Position numbers and translations under genes: made by a program. 64,000 bases of DNA from Eledone cirrhosa. Taxonomy: Eukaryota. The notes beneath the pieces are model-generated. The model had not been told where the DNA came from. It saw only the letters and a program-made list of their open reading frames with translations, and did no database searches. Below are positions 1-15,153 of the stretch, one piece after another (position 1 is the first letter of the stretch; every line of letters begins with the position of its first letter). The stretch spans positions 49,600,001-49,664,000 of the forward strand of contig OZ024743.1 of the NCBI GenBank assembly GCA_964016885.1, in the 5' to 3' direction.

Positions 1-3000
1 ATTAGAGGCTCCAGTTCTATCATGTTGTTATATTAGGGGCTCCAGTTCTATCATGTTGTTATATTAGGGGCTCCAGTTCTATCATGTTGTTATATTAGGG
101 GCTCCAGTTCTATCATGTTGTTATATTAGAGGCTCCAGTTCTATCATGTTGTTATATTAGAGGTTCCAGTTCTATCATGTTGTTATATTAGGGGCTCCAG
201 TTCTATCATGTTGTTATATTAGGGGCTCCAGTTCTATCATGTTGTTATATTAGAGGCTCCAGTTCTATCATGTTATATTAGGGACTCCAGTTCTATCATG
301 TTGTTATATTAGGGGCTCCAGTTCTATCATGTTGTTATATTAGGGGCTCCAGTTCTATCATGTTGTTATATTAGGGGCTCCAGTTCCATCATGTTGTTAT
401 ATTAGAGGCTCCAGTTCTATCATGTTATATTAGGGACTCCAGTTCTATCATGTTGTTATATTAGGGGCTCCAGTTCTATCATGTTGTTATATTAGAGGCT
501 CTAGTTCTATCATGTTATATTAGGGGCTCCAGTTCCATCATGTTATATTAGTGGCTCCAGTTCTATCATGTTGTTATATTAGAGGCTCCAGTTCTATCAT
601 GTTATATTAGAGGCTCCAGTTCTATCATGTTATATTAGGGGCTCCAGTTCTATCATGTTATATTAGAGGCTCCAGTTCTATCGTGTTGTTATATTAGAGG
701 CTCCAGTTCCATCATGTTGTTATATTAGAGGCTCCAGTTCTATCATGTTATATTAGGGGCTCCAGTTCTATCATGTTGTTATATTAGGGGCTTCAGTTCT
801 ATCATGTTATATTAGGGACTCCAGTTCTATCATGTTGTTATATTAGGGGCTCCAGTTCTATCATGTTATATTAGAGGCTCCAGTTCTATCGTGTTGTTAT
901 ATTAGAGGCTCCAGTTCTATCATGTTATATTAGGGACTCCAGTTCTATCATGTTGTTATATTAGGGGCTCCAGTTCTATCATGTTGTTATATTAGGGGCT
1001 CCAGTTCTATCATGTTGTTATATTAGGGGCTCCAGTTCCATCATGTTGTTATATTAGGGGCTCCAGTTCTATCATGTTGTTATATTAGAGGCTCCAGTTC
1101 TATCATGTTGTTATATTAGAGGCTCCAGTTCTATCATGTTATATTAGGGACTCCAGTTCTATCATGTTGTTATATTAGGGGCTCCAGTTCTATCATGTTA
1201 TATTAGAGGCTCTAGTTCTATCATGTTATATTAGGGGCTCCAGTTCCATCATTTTATATTAGGGGCTCCAGTTCTATCATGTTGTTATATTAGAGGCTCC
1301 AGTTCTATCATGTTATATTAGGGACTCCAGTTCTATCATGTTGTTATATTAGGGGCTCCAGTTCTATCATGTTATATTAGAGGCTCCAGTTCTATCGTGT
1401 TGTTATATTAAAGGCTCCAGTTCTATCATGTTATATTAGGGACTCCAGTTCTATCATGTTATATTAGAGGCTCCAGTTCTATCATGTTGTTATATTAGGG
1501 GCTCCAGTTCTATCATGTTGTTATATTAGAGGCTCCAGTTCTATCATGTTATATTAGGGACTCCAGTTCTATCATGTTATATTAGGGACTCCAGTTCTAT
1601 CATGTTATATTAGAGGCTCCAGTTCTATCATGTTGTTATATTAGGGGCTCCAGTTCTATCATGTTGTTATATTAGAGGCACCAGTTCTATCATGTTATAT
1701 TGGGGACTCCAGTTCTATCATGTTATATTAGAGGCTCCAGTTCTATCATGTTGTTATATTAGGGGCTCCAGTTCTATCATGTTGTTATATTAGAGGCTCC
1801 AGTTCTATCATGTTATATTAGGGACTCCAGTTCTATCATGTTATATTAGAGGCTCCAGTTCTATCATGTTGTTATATTAGGGGCTCCAGTTCTATCATGT
1901 TGTTATATTAGAGGCTCCAATTCTATCATGTTGTTATATTAGGGACTCCAGTTCTATCATGTTGTTATATTAGAGGCTCCAGTTCTATCATGTTGTTATA
2001 TTATGGGCTCCAGTTCTATCATGTTGTTATATTAGAGGCTCCAGTTCTATCATGTTGTTATATTAGAGGCTCCAGTTCTATCATGTTATATTAGGGACTC
2101 CAGTTCTATCATGTTGTTATATTAGGGGCTCCAGTTCTATCATGTTGTTATATTAGAGGCTCCAGTTCTATCATGTTGTTATATTAGGGGCTCCAGTTCT
2201 ATCATGTTATATTAGAGGCTCCAGTTCTATCATGTTGTTATATTAGAGGCTCCAGTTCTATCATGTTATATTAGGGACTCCAGTTCTATCATGTTGTTAT
2301 ATTAGGGGCTCCAGTTCTATCATGTTGTTATATTAGAGGCTCCAGTTCTATCATGTTGTTATATTAGGGGCTCCAGTTCTATCATGTTATATTAGAGGCT
2401 CCAGTTCTATCATGTTGTTATATTAGAGGCTCCAGTTCTATCATGTTATATTAGGGGCTCCAGTTGTATCATGTTATATTAGGGGCTCCAGTTCTATCAT
2501 GTTGTTATATTAGGGGCTCCAGTTCTATCATGTTGTTATATTAGGGGCTCCAGTTCTATCATGTTGTTATATTAGGGGCTCCAGTTCTATCATGTTGTTA
2601 TATTAGAGGCTCCAGTTCTATCATGTTGTTATATTAGGGACTCCAGTTCTATCATGTTGTTATATTAGAGGCTCCAGTTCTATCATGTTATATTAGGGAC
2701 TCCAGTTCTATCATGTTGTTATATTAGGGGCTCCAGTTCTATCATGTTGTTATATTAGGGGCTCCAGTTCCATCATGTTGTTATATTAGAGGCTCCAGTT
2801 CTATCATGTTATATTAGGGACTCCAGTTCTATCATGTTGTTATATTAGAGGCTCTAGTTCTATCATGTTATATTAGGGGCTCCAGTTCCATCATGTTATA
2901 TTAGGGGCTCCAGTTCTATCATGTTGTTATATTAGAGGCTCCAGTTCTATCATGTTATATTAGAGGCTCCAGTTCTATCATGTTATATTAGGGGCTCCAG

Positions 3001-6000
3001 TTCTATCATGTTATATTAGGGGCTCCAGTTCTATCATGTTGTTATATTAGGGGCTCCAGTTCTATCATGTTATATTAGGGACTCCAGTTCTATCATGTTG
3101 TTATATTAGGGGCTCCAGTTCTATCATGTTATATTAGAGACTCCAGTTCTATCGTGTTGTTATATTAGAGGCTCCAGTTCTATCATGTTATATTAGGGGC
3201 TCCAGTTCTATCATGTTGTTATATTAGGGGCTCCAGTTCTATCATGTTATATTAGGGACTCCAGTTCTATCATGTTGTTATATTAGGGGCTCCAGTTCTA
3301 TCATGTTATATTAGAGGCTCCAGTTCTATCGTGTTGTTATATTAGAGGCTCCAGTTCTATCATGTTATATTAGGGACTCCAGTTCTATCATGTTATATTA
3401 GGGGCTCCAGTTCTATCATGTTGTTATATTAGGGGCTCCAGTTCTATCATGTTATATTAGGGGCTCCAGTTCCATCATGTTGTTATATTAGGGGCTCCAG
3501 TTCTATCATGTTATATTAGAGGCTCCAGTTCTATCATGTTGTTATATTAGAGGCTCCAGTTCTATCATGTTATATTAGGGACTCCAGTTCTATCATGTTG
3601 TTATATTAGGGGCTCCAGTTCTATCATGTTGTTATATTAGAGGCTCTAGTTCTATCATGTTATATTAGGGGCTCCAGTTCCATCATGTTATATTAGGGGC
3701 TCCAGTTCTATCATGTTATATTAGAGGCTCCAGTTCTATCATGTTATATTAGGGACTCCAGTTCTATCATGTTGTTATATTAGGGGCTCCAGTTCTATCA
3801 TGTTATATTAGAGGCTCCAGTTCTATCGTGTTGTTATATTAAAGGCTCCAGTTCTATCATGTTATATTAGGGACTCCAGTTCTATCATGTTATATTAGAG
3901 GCTCCAGTTCTATCATGTTGTTATATTAGGGGCTCCAGTTCTATCATGTTATATTAGAGGCTCCAGTTCTATCATGTTATATTAGGGACTCCAGTTCTAT
4001 CATGTTATATTAGGGACTCCAGTTCTATCATGTTATATTAGAGGCTCCAGTTCTATCATGTTATATTAGGGGCTCCAGTTCTATCATGTTGTTATATTAG
4101 GGGCTCCAGTTCTATCATGTTATATTAGGGACTCCAGTTCTATCATGTTGTTATATTAGGGGCTCCAGTTCTATCATGTTATATTAGAGGCTCCAGTTCT
4201 ATCGTGTTGTTATATTAGAGGCTCCAGTTCTATCATGTTATATTAGGGACTCCAGTTCTATCATGTTGTTATATTAGGGGCTCCAGTTCTATCATGTTGT
4301 TATATTAGGGGCTCCAGTTCTATCATGTTGTTATATTAGGGGCTCCAGTTCCATCATGTTGTTATATTAGGGGCTCCAGTTCTATCATGTTGTTATATTA
4401 GAGGCTCCAGTTCTATCATGTTGTTATATTAGAGGCTCCAGTTCTATCATGTTATATTAGGGACTCCAGTTCTATCATGTTGTTATATTAGGGGCTCCAG
4501 TTCTATCATGTTGTTATATTAGAGGCTCTAGTTCTATCATGTTATATTAGGGGCTCCAGTTCCATCATTTTATATTAGGGGCTCCAGTTCTATCATGTTG
4601 TTATATTAGAGGCTCCAGTTCTATCATGTTATATTAGGGACTCCAGTTCTATCATGTTGTTATATTAGGGGCTCCAGTTCTATCATGTTATATTAGAGGC
4701 TCCAGTTCTATCGTGTTGTTATATTAAAGGCTCCAGTTCTATCATGTTATATTAGGGACTCCAGTTCTATCATGTTATATTAGAGGCTCCAGTTCTATCA
4801 TGTTGTTATATTAGGGGCTCCAGTTCTATTATGTTATATTAGAGGCTCCAGTTCTATCATGTTATATTAGAGGCTCCAGTTCTATCATGTTATATTAGGG
4901 GCTCCAGTTCTATCATGTTGTTATATTAGAGGCTCCAGTTCTATCATGTTGTTATATTAGGGGCTCCAGTTCTATCATGTTGTTATATTAGGGGCTCCAG
5001 TTCTATCATGTTGTTATATTAGAGGCTCCAGTTCTATCATGTTGTTATATTAGGGACTCCAGTTCTATCATGTTGTTATATTAGAGCTCCAGTTCTATCA
5101 TGTTGTTATATTAGGGGCTCCAGTTCTATCATGTTGTTATATTAGGGGCTCCAGTTCCATCATGTTGTTATATTAGGGGCTCCAGTTCTATCATGTTGTT
5201 ATATTAGAGGTTCCAGTTCTATCATGTTGTTATATTAGGGGCTCCAGTTCTATCATGTTGTTATATTAGAGGCTCCAGTTCTATTATGTTGTTATATTAG
5301 AGGCTCCAGTTCTATCATGTTGTTATATTAGAGGCTCCAGTTCTATCATGTTGTTATATTAGGGGCTCCAGTTCTATCATGTTGTTATATTAGGGGCTCC
5401 AGTTCTATCATGTTGTTATATTAGGGGCTCCAGTTCTATCATGTTGTTATATTAGAGGCTCCAGTTCTATCATGTTGTTATATTAGAGGTTCCAGTTCTA
5501 TCATGTTGTTATATTAGGGGCTCCAGTTCTATCATGTTGTTATATTAGGGGCTCCAGTTCTATCATGTTGTTATATTAGAGGCTCCAGTTCTATCATGTT
5601 ATATTAGGGACTCCAGTTCTATCATGTTGTTATATTAGGGGCTCCAGTTCTATCATGTTGTTATATTAGGGGCTCCAGTTCTATCATGTTGTTATATTAG
5701 GGGCTCCAGTTCCATCATGTTGTTATATTAGAGGCTCCAGTTCTATCATGTTATATTAGGGACTCCAGTTCTATCATGTTGTTATATTAGGGGCTCCAGT
5801 TCTATCATGTTGTTATATTAGAGGCTCTAGTTCTATCATGTTATATTAGGGGCTCCAGTTCCATCATGTTATATTAGTGGCTCCAGTTCTATCATGTTGT
5901 TATATTAGAGGCTCCAGTTCTATCATGTTATATTAGAGGCTCCAGTTCTATCATGTTATATTAGGGGCTCCAGTTCTATCATGTTATATTAGAGGCTCCA

Positions 6001-9000
6001 GTTCTATCGTGTTGTTATATTAGAGGCTCCAGTTCCATCATGTTGTTATATTAGAGGCTCCAGTTCTATCATGTTATATTAGGGGCTCCAGTTCTATCAT
6101 GTTGTTATATTAGGGGCTTCAGTTCTATCATGTTATATTAGGGACTCCAGTTCTATCATGTTGTTATATTAGGGGCTCCAGTTCTATCATGTTATATTAG
6201 AGGCTCCAGTTCTATCGTGTTGTTATATTAGAGGCTCCAGTTCTATCATGTTATATTAGGGACTCCAGTTCTATCATGTTGTTATATTAGGGGCTCCAGT
6301 TCTATCATGTTGTTATATTAGGGGCTCCAGTTCTATCATGTTGTTATATTAGGGGCTCCAGTTCCATCATGTTGTTATATTAGGGGCTCCAGTTCTATCA
6401 TGTTGTTATATTAGAGGCTCCAGTTCTATCATGTTGTTATATTAGAGGCTCCAGTTCTATCATGTTATATTAGGGACTCCAGTTCTATCATGTTGTTATA
6501 TTAGGGGCTCCAGTTCTATCATGTTGTTATATTAGAGGCTCTAGTTCTATCATGTTATATTAGGGGCTCCAGTTCCATCATTTTATATTAGGGGCTCCAG
6601 TTCTATCATGTTGTTATATTAGAGGCTCCAGTTCTATCATGTTATATTAGGGACTCCAGTTCTATCATGTTGTTATATTAGGGGCTCCAGTTCTATCATG
6701 TTATATTAGAGGCTCCAGTTCTATCGTGTTGTTATATTAAAGGCTCCAGTTCTATCATGTTATATTAGGGACTCCAGTTCTATCATGTTATATTAGAGGC
6801 TCCAGTTCTATCATGTTGTTATATTAGGGGCTCCAGTTCTATCATGTTGTTATATTAGAGGCTCCAGTTCTATCATGTTATATTAGGGACTCCAGTTCTA
6901 TCATGTTATATTAGGGACTCCAGTTCTATCATGTTATATTAGAGGCTCCAGTTCTATCATGTTGTTATATTAGGGGCTCCAGTTCTATCATGTTGTTATA
7001 TTAGAGGCTCCAGTTCTATCATGTTATATTAGAGGCTCCAGTTCTATCATGTTATATTAGGGGCTCCAGTTCTATCATGTTGTTATATTAGAGGCTCCAG
7101 TTCTATCATGTTGTTATATTAGGGGCTCCAGTTCTATCATGTTGTTATATTAGGGGCTCCAGTTCTATCATGTTGTTATATTAGAGGCTCCAGTTCTATC
7201 ATGTTGTTATATTAGGGACTCCAGTTCTATCATGTTGTTATATTAGAGCTCCAGTTCTATCATGTTGTTATATTAGGGGCTCCAGTTCTATCATGTTGTT
7301 ATATTAGGGGCTCCAGTTCCATCATGTTGTTATATTAGGGGCTCCAGTTCTATCATGTTGTTATATTAGAGGTTCCAGTTCTATCATGTTGTTATATTAG
7401 GGGCTCCAGTTCTATCATGTTGTTATATTAGAGGCTCCAGTTCTATTATGTTGTTATATTAGAGGCTCCAGTTCTATCATGTTGTTATATTAGAGGCTCC
7501 AGTTCTATCATGTTGTTATATTAGGGGCTCCAGTTCTATCATGTTGTTATATTAGGGGCTCCAGTTCTATCATGTTGTTATATTAGGGGCTCCAGTTCTA
7601 TCATGTTGTTATATTAGAGGCTCCAGTTCTATCATGTTGTTATATTAGAGGTTCCAGTTCTATCATGTTGTTATATTAGGGGCTCCAGTTCTATCATGTT
7701 GTTATATTAGGGGCTCCAGTTCTATCATGTTGTTATATTAGAGGCTCCAGTTCTATCATGTTATATTAGGGACTCCAGTTCTATCATGTTGTTATATTAG
7801 GGGCTCCAGTTCTATCATGTTGTTATATTAGGGGCTCCAGTTCTATCATGTTGTTATATTAGGGGCTCCAGTTCTATCATGTTGTTATATTAGGGGCTCC
7901 AGTTCCATCATGTTGTTATATTAGAGGCTCCAGTTCTATCATGTTATATTAGGGACTCCAGTTCTATCATGTTGTTATATTAGGGGCTCCAGTTCTATCA
8001 TGTTGTTATATTAGAGGCTCTAGTTCTATCATGTTATATTAGGGGCTCCAGTTCCATCATGTTATATTAGTGGCTCCAGTTCTATCATGTTGTTATATTA
8101 GAGGCTCCAGTTCTATCATGTTATATTAGAGGCTCCAGTTCTATCATGTTATATTAGGGGCTCCAGTTCTATCATGTTATATTAGAGGCTCCAGTTCTAT
8201 CGTGTTGTTATATTAGAGGCTCCAGTTCCATCATGTTGTTATATTAGAGGCTCCAGTTCTATCATGTTATATTAGGGGCTCCAGTTCTATCATGTTGTTA
8301 TATTAGGGGCTTCAGTTCTATCATGTTATATTAGGGACTCCAGTTCTATCATGTTGTTATATTAGGGGCTCCAGTTCTATCATGTTATATTAGAGGCTCC
8401 AGTTCTATCGTGTTGTTATATTAGAGGCTCCAGTTCTATCATGTTATATTAGGGACTCCAGTTCTATCATGTTGTTATATTAGGGGCTCCAGTTCTATCA
8501 TGTTGTTATATTAGGGGCTCCAGTTCTATCATGTTGTTATATTAGGGGCTCCAGTTCCATCATGTTGTTATATTAGGGGCTCCAGTTCTATCATGTTGTT
8601 ATATTAGAGGCTCCAGTTCTATCATGTTGTTATATTAGAGGCTCCAGTTCTATCATGTTATATTAGGGACTCCAGTTCTATCATGTTGTTATATTAGGGG
8701 CTCCAGTTCTATCATGTTGTTATATTAGAGGCTCTAGTTCTATCATGTTATATTAGGGGCTCCAGTTCCATCATTTTATATTAGGGGCTCCAGTTCTATC
8801 ATGTTGTTATATTAGAGGCTCCAGTTCTATCATGTTATATTAGGGACTCCAGTTCTATCATGTTGTTATATTAGGGGCTCCAGTTCTATCATGTTATATT
8901 AGAGGCTCCAGTTCTATCGTGTTGTTATATTAAAGGCTCCAGTTCTATCATGTTATATTAGGGACTCCAGTTCTATCATGTTATATTAGAGGCTCCAGTT

Positions 9001-12000
9001 CTATCATGTTGTTATATTAGGGGCTCCAGTTCTATCATGTTGTTATATTAGAGGCTCCAGTTCTATCATGTTATATTAGGGACTCCAGTTCTATCATGTT
9101 ATATTAGGGACTCCAGTTCTATCATGTTATATTAGAGGCTCCAGTTCTATCATGTTGTTATATTAGGGGCTCCAGTTCTATCATGTTGTTATATTAGAGG
9201 CACCAGTTCTATCATGTTATATTAGGGACTCCAGTTCTATCATGTTATATTAGAGGCTCCAGTTCTATCATGTTGTTATATTAGGGGCTCCAGTTCTATC
9301 ATGTTGTTATATTAGAGGCTCCAGTTCTATCATGTTATATTAGGGACTCCAGTTCTATCATGTTATATTAGAGGCTCCAGTTCTATCATGTTGTTATATT
9401 AGGGGCTCCAGTTCTATCATGTTGTTATATTAGAGGCTCCAATTCTATCATGTTGTTATATTAGGGACTCCAGTTCTATCATGTTGTTATATTAGAGGCT
9501 CCAGTTCTATCATGTTGTTATATTATGGGCTCCAGTTCTATCATGTTGTTATATTAGAGGCTCCAGTTCTATCATGTTGTTATATTAGAGGCTCCAGTTC
9601 TATCATGTTATATTAGGGACTCCAGTTCTATCATGTTGTTATATTAGGGGCTCCAGTTCTATCATGTTGTTATATTAGAGGCTCCAGTTCTATCATGTTG
9701 TTATATTAGGGGCTCCAGTTCTATCATGTTATATTAGAGGCTCCAGTTCTATCATGTTGTTATATTAGAGGCTCCAGTTCTATCATGTTATATTAGGGAC
9801 TCCAGTTCTATCATGTTGTTATATTAGGGGCTCCAGTTCTATCATGTTGTTATATTAGAGGCTCCAGTTCTATCATGTTGTTATATTAGGGGCTCCAGTT
9901 CTATCATGTTATATTAGAGGCTCCAGTTCTATCATGTTGTTATATTAGAGGCTCCAGTTCTATCATGTTATATTAGGGGCTCCAGTTGTATCATGTTATA
10001 TTAGGGGCTCCAGTTCTATCATGTTGTTATATTAGGGGCTCCAGTTCTATCATGTTGTTATATTAGGGGCTCCAGTTCTATCATGTTGTTATATTAGGGG
10101 CTCCAGTTCTATCATGTTGTTATATTAGAGGCTCCAGTTCTATCATGTTGTTATATTAGGGACTCCAGTTCTATCATGTTGTTATATTAGAGGCTCCAGT
10201 TCTATCATGTTATATTAGGGACTCCAGTTCTATCATGTTGTTATATTAGGGGCTCCAGTTCTATCATGTTGTTATATTAGGGGCTCCAGTTCCATCATGT
10301 TGTTATATTAGAGGCTCCAGTTCTATCATGTTATATTAGGGACTCCAGTTCTATCATGTTGTTATATTAGAGGCTCTAGTTCTATCATGTTATATTAGGG
10401 GCTCCAGTTCCATCATGTTATATTAGGGGCTCCAGTTCTATCATGTTGTTATATTAGAGGCTCCAGTTCTATCATGTTATATTAGAGGCTCCAGTTCTAT
10501 CATGTTATATTAGAGGCTCCAGTTCTATCATGTTATATTAGGGGCTCCAGTTCTATCATGTTGTTATATTAGGGGCTCCAGTTCTATCATGTTATATTAG
10601 GGACTCCAGTTCTATCATGTTGTTATATTAGGGGCTCCAGTTCTATCATGTTATATTAGAGGCTCCAGTTCTATCGTGTTGTTATATTAGAGGCTCCAGT
10701 TCTATCATGTTATATTAGGGACTCCAGTTCTATCATGTTATATTAGGGGCTCCAGTTCTATCATGTTGTTATATTAGGGGCTCCAGTTCTATCATGTTAT
10801 ATTAGGGGCTCCAGTTCCATCATGTTGTTATATTAGGGGCTCCAGTTCTATCATGTTATATTAGAGGCTCCAGTTCTATCATGTTGTTATATTAGAGGCT
10901 CCAGTTCTATCATGTTATATTAGGGACTCCAGTTCTATCATGTTGTTATATTAGGGGCTCCAGTTCTATCATGTTGTTATATTAGAGGCTCTAGTTCTAT
11001 CATGTTATATTAGGGGCTCCAGTTCCATCATGTTATATTAGGGGCTCCAGTTCTATCATGTTATATTAGAGGCTCCAGTTCTATCATGTTATATTAGGGA
11101 CTCCAGTTCTATCATGTTGTTATATTAGGGGCTCCAGTTCTATCATGTTATATTAGAGGCTCCAGTTCTATCGTGTTGTTATATTAAAGGCTCCAGTTCT
11201 ATCATGTTATATTAGGGACTCCAGTTCTATCATGTTATATTAGAGGCTCCAGTTCTATCATGTTGTTATATTAGGGGCTCCAGTTCTATCATGTTGTTAT
11301 ATTAGAGGCTCCAGTTCTATCATGTTATATTAGGGACTCCAGTTCTATCATGTTATATTAGGGACTCCAGTTCTATCATGTTATATTAGAGGCTCCAGTT
11401 CTATCATGTTATATTAGGGGCTCCAGTTCTATCATGTTGTTATATTAGAGGCTCCAGTTCTATCATGTTATATTAGGGACTCCAGTTCTATCATGTTATA
11501 TTAGAGGCTCCAGTTCTATCATGTTGTTATATTAGGGGCTCCAGTTCTATCATGTTGTTATATTAGAGGCTCCAGTTCTATCATGTTGTTATATTAGGGA
11601 CTCCAGTTCTATCATGTTATATTAGGGACTCCAGTTCTATCATGTTGTTATATTAGGGGCTCCAGTTCTATCATGTTGTTATATTAGAGGCTCCAGTTCT
11701 ATCATGTTGTTATATTAGAGGCTCCAGTTCTATCATGTTATATTAGGGACTCCAGTTCTATCATGTTGTTATATTAGGGGCTCCAGTTCTATCATATTGT
11801 TATATTAGAGGCTCCAGTTCTATCATGTTGTTATATTAGGGGCTCCAGTTCTATCATGTTGTTATATTAGAGGCTCCAGTTCTATCATGTTGTTATATTA
11901 GGGGCTCCAGTTCTATCATGTTGTTATATTAGAGGCTCCAGTTCTATCATGTTGTTATATTAGGGACTCCAGTTCTATCATGTTGTTATATTAGGGGCTC

Positions 12001-12875
12001 CAGTTCTATCATGTTGTTATATTAGGGGCTCCAGTTCTATCATGTTGTTATATTAGAGGCTCCAGTTCTATCATGTTGTTATATTAGGGACTCCAGTTCT
12101 ATCAAGTTGTTATATTAGGGACTCCAGTTCTATCATGTTGTTATATTAGGGGCTCCAGTTCTATCATGTTGTTATATTAGGGGCTCCAGTTCTATCAAGT
12201 TGTTATATTAGGGACTCCAGTTCTATCATGTTGTTATATTAGGGGCTCCAGTTCTATCATGTTATATTAGGGGCTCCAGTTCTATCATGTTGTTATATTA
12301 GGGACTCCAGTACTATCATGTTGTTATATTAGAGGCTCCAGTTCTATCATGTTGTTATATTAGGGGCTCCAGTTCTATCATGTTGTTATATTAGAGGCTC
12401 CAGTTCTATCATGTTGTTATATTAGGGGCTCCAGTTCTATCATGTTGTTATATTAGAGGCTCCAGTTCTATCATGTTGTTATATTAGGGGCTCCAGTTCT
12501 ATCATGTTGTTATATTAGAGGCTCCAGTTCTATCATGTTGTTATATTAGAGGCTCCAGTTCTATCATGTTATATTAGGGACTCCAGTTCTATCATGTTGT
12601 TATATTAGGGGCTCCAGTTCTATCATGTTGTTATATTAGGGACTCCAGTTCTATCATGTTGTTATATTAGGGGCTCCAGTTCTATCATGTTGTTATATTA
12701 GGGGCTCCAGTTCTATCAAGTTGTTATATTAGGGACTCCAGTTCTATCATGTTGTTATATTAGGGGCTCCAGTTCTATCATGTTATATTAGGGGCTCCAG
12801 TTCTATCATGTTGTTATATTAGGGACTCCAGTTCTATCATGTTGTTATATTAGGGGCTCCAGTTCTATCATGTTG
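1..12875. repeat. Satellite array, 31-bp unit ATTAG(A/G)GGCTCCAGTTCTATCATGTTGTTAT with a 28-bp variant lacking one GTT; continues past the window start
   Basis: Direct tandem periodicity (unit restarts at position 32). About 12.9 kb uninterrupted, with rare diagnostic variants; ends at ...CATGTTGCC near 12875. Confidence 0.99.
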
Positions 12876-12950
12876 CCATTTTTTCTAATGACAGCAGGCA
12901 GGAATTAAACTGAAAATGCCCAAAGCTGGAACAGATCTTGCAATTCTACC

Positions 12951-13017
12951 AATCCCTCTCTTTAGTCCTCTCTGTAATCCCTCTCTTTAGTCCTCTCTGT
13001 AATCCCTCTCTTTAGTC
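12951..13017. repeat. 25-bp minisatellite AATCCCTCTCTTTAGTCCTCTCTGT, about 2.7 copies
   Basis: Direct tandem repeat visible. Confidence 0.9.
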
Positions 13018-13142
13018 TGGTATTTTATTTATCAACCGCGAAAAGATTTTAACTCGGAGCGCAGAACCATAAAAAACTCTACAGATCAGTCAATCTGATG
13101 TTCAAATGACTGTGTGTAGTATGTCTGTGTATAATTACACAT

Positions 13143-13330
13143 AGGGCGGTGGATTGGCAGTATCGGTAGAGGGTTGGACACCATGCTTTGAAGCATAGAG
13201 TTACGGCCCTTGCCATTCTGAGTTCGAATCCCGCCGAGGTTAACTTTGCCTTTCATCCTTACGGGGTCGATAAAATAAAGTACCAGTAATGCACTGGATA
13301 ATTGCTGGCCTTGTGCCAAAAGTAGAAACA
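13143..13330 (+). mobile_element. tRNA-derived SINE, family A (central GCCTTTCATCCTTACGGGGTCGATAAAATAAAGTACC domain)
   Basis: A-box-like TGGCAGTATCGG and B-box GAGTTCGAATCCC. Direct repeat ATAATTACACAT at 13131-13142 and 13331-13342 is a likely TSD. Several other copies in the window. Confidence 0.85.
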
Positions 13331-13920
13331 ATAATTACACATGGGTAGTATGTCTGTGTATAATTACACATGTGTAGTATGTCTGTGTATAATTACACAT
13401 GTGTAGTATGTCTGTGTATAATTATACATGTGTAGTATGTCTCTGTATAATTATACATGTGTAGTATGTCTGTATAATTACACATGTGTAGTATGTCTGT
13501 GTATAATACGCATGTGTAGTATGTCTGTGTATAATTACACATGTAGTATGTCTGTGTATAATTATACATGTGTAGTATGTCTGTGTATAATTATACATGT
13601 GTAGTATGTCTGTGTATAATTATACATGTGTAGTATGTCTGTGTATAATTATACATGTGTAGTATGTCTCTGTATAATTACACATGTGTAGTATGTCTCT
13701 GTATAATTACACGTGTAGTATGTCTGTGTATAATTACACATGTGTAGTATGTCTGTGTATAATACACATGTGTAGTATGTCTGTATAATTACACATGTGT
13801 AGTATGTCTGTGTATAATTATACATGTGTAGTATGTCTGTGTATAATTACACATGTGTAGTATGTCTGTGTATAATTACACATGTGTAATATGTATGTGT
13901 ATAATTACACATGTGTAGTA
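13331..13920. repeat. 29-bp minisatellite ACACATGTGTAGTATGTCTGTGTATAATT, about 20 copies
   Basis: Tandem periodicity; the first unit (about 13111-13142) is interrupted by the SINE. Confidence 0.95.
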
Positions 13921-14475
13921 GGTATTGGTGTTGTTATGTTATTAGTGTTCTATATTATATCTCTGATAGCTATATATCATCATCATCATCATCATCATTG
14001 ATGTTTTAATATCTGCTTTCCCTATTAGCAAGGGTTGCATGGGTCTACATAGACCAAGTCAGTACTGAAGCGGGGCTACAGATCTCCCAGACAGGTCAGG
14101 GATCTGTGTCTTGTTTATGTATGGTTAACGCTCTACCCAATGCACAGAAGAGGTTGTCATGCCTTTGATGCAACTGAGGGTCCTCCCAACCCTTTTTTTG
14201 GCAAGATTTGTATGGCTGGGGGTGCAATTATGATGGGGGTTGAAGTAGTGATGTTGAGAATATCTGTTGGTGAATGTTAGTGTAAGGGGGGGGGGCATGG
14301 AGGTAGGCCAGGTCACATTGTATGCTGGGTCTTCTTTGGCACTGCATATATATTACTGGAAACATCAGTAATGTTTGTTATATAATCAATATTCCTCACA
14401 AGAAATGCCTAATATATTGATCTATCTATGACAAATCTTTTCTTTTATTGCTATTATCATTATTGCACCTATAAA

Positions 14476-14690
14476 GGGCAATTGATTGGCAGAATTGTTG
14501 AAGCAACAGACACATTGCTTTGTAGCATTTGTTACATCTTTTTACATTCTTTATTAAACTCCTGCTGAGGCTAACTTTGCTTTTAATCCTTTCAGGGTTG
14601 ATAAAATACAGTTCCAGTCTAGCTCTGAGGTCGATATAACTTTCCCTTCCTTTCTAAACTGCCATGTTCCTGATTTACAAGCCATTATTG
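14476..14690 (+). mobile_element. Degenerate SINE family A copy
   Basis: GATTGGCAGAATTG...CTTTGCTTTTAATCCTTTCAGGGTTGATAAAATACAGTTCCAG matches the family A core. Confidence 0.6.
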
Positions 14691-14855
14691 TTGTTATTGT
14701 TGCACCTATTTATTTGTTCTCTAATAAACTTTGTACAACTTCAATAAAAAATTTCTTCATAATTTATCTAGTTACATTCCAGAATTTTTTTTATAAATTT
14801 TGATGTTTTAGCTGGGTAAGTAGCTTTTCCTAGTTCAAATTCTGAAGTTGTTATC

Positions 14856-14918
<63 letters not shown>

Positions 14919-14929
<11 letters not shown>

Positions 14930-15153
14930 GTCTGGAGTACCAAGAACAGGGAGACCACAAACCAGGGTAGTACTCTATGCATGGGAAGAATCAGAGTGGG
15001 TATAAAGGAAGGTAAAAACCCGACCGTGCACCTAGCAGTTTTGGTTTGTATTCGGCAAGCTTTTTTAAGGGTATACACCATTGTGTACATCGTTGAAAAG
15101 GCTTTCCGAATACAAACCAAAACTGCTAGGCATAACAGTCAGGTTTCTACCTT
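14919..15153 (-). mobile_element. Unclassified (TA)n-abutting repeat (family X) with a terminal fold-back hairpin at 15009-15153
   Basis: Reverse complement shares CGGTCGGG..TACCCACTCT..GAGTACT..TGGTC motifs with 52319-52467; imperfect inverted arms of about 70 bp. Confidence 0.55.

Noticed and set aside
1-12875. CRISPR-like array of about 30-bp repeats
   Set aside because: Units are contiguous with no unique spacers, there are no cas genes, and the context is eukaryotic intron.
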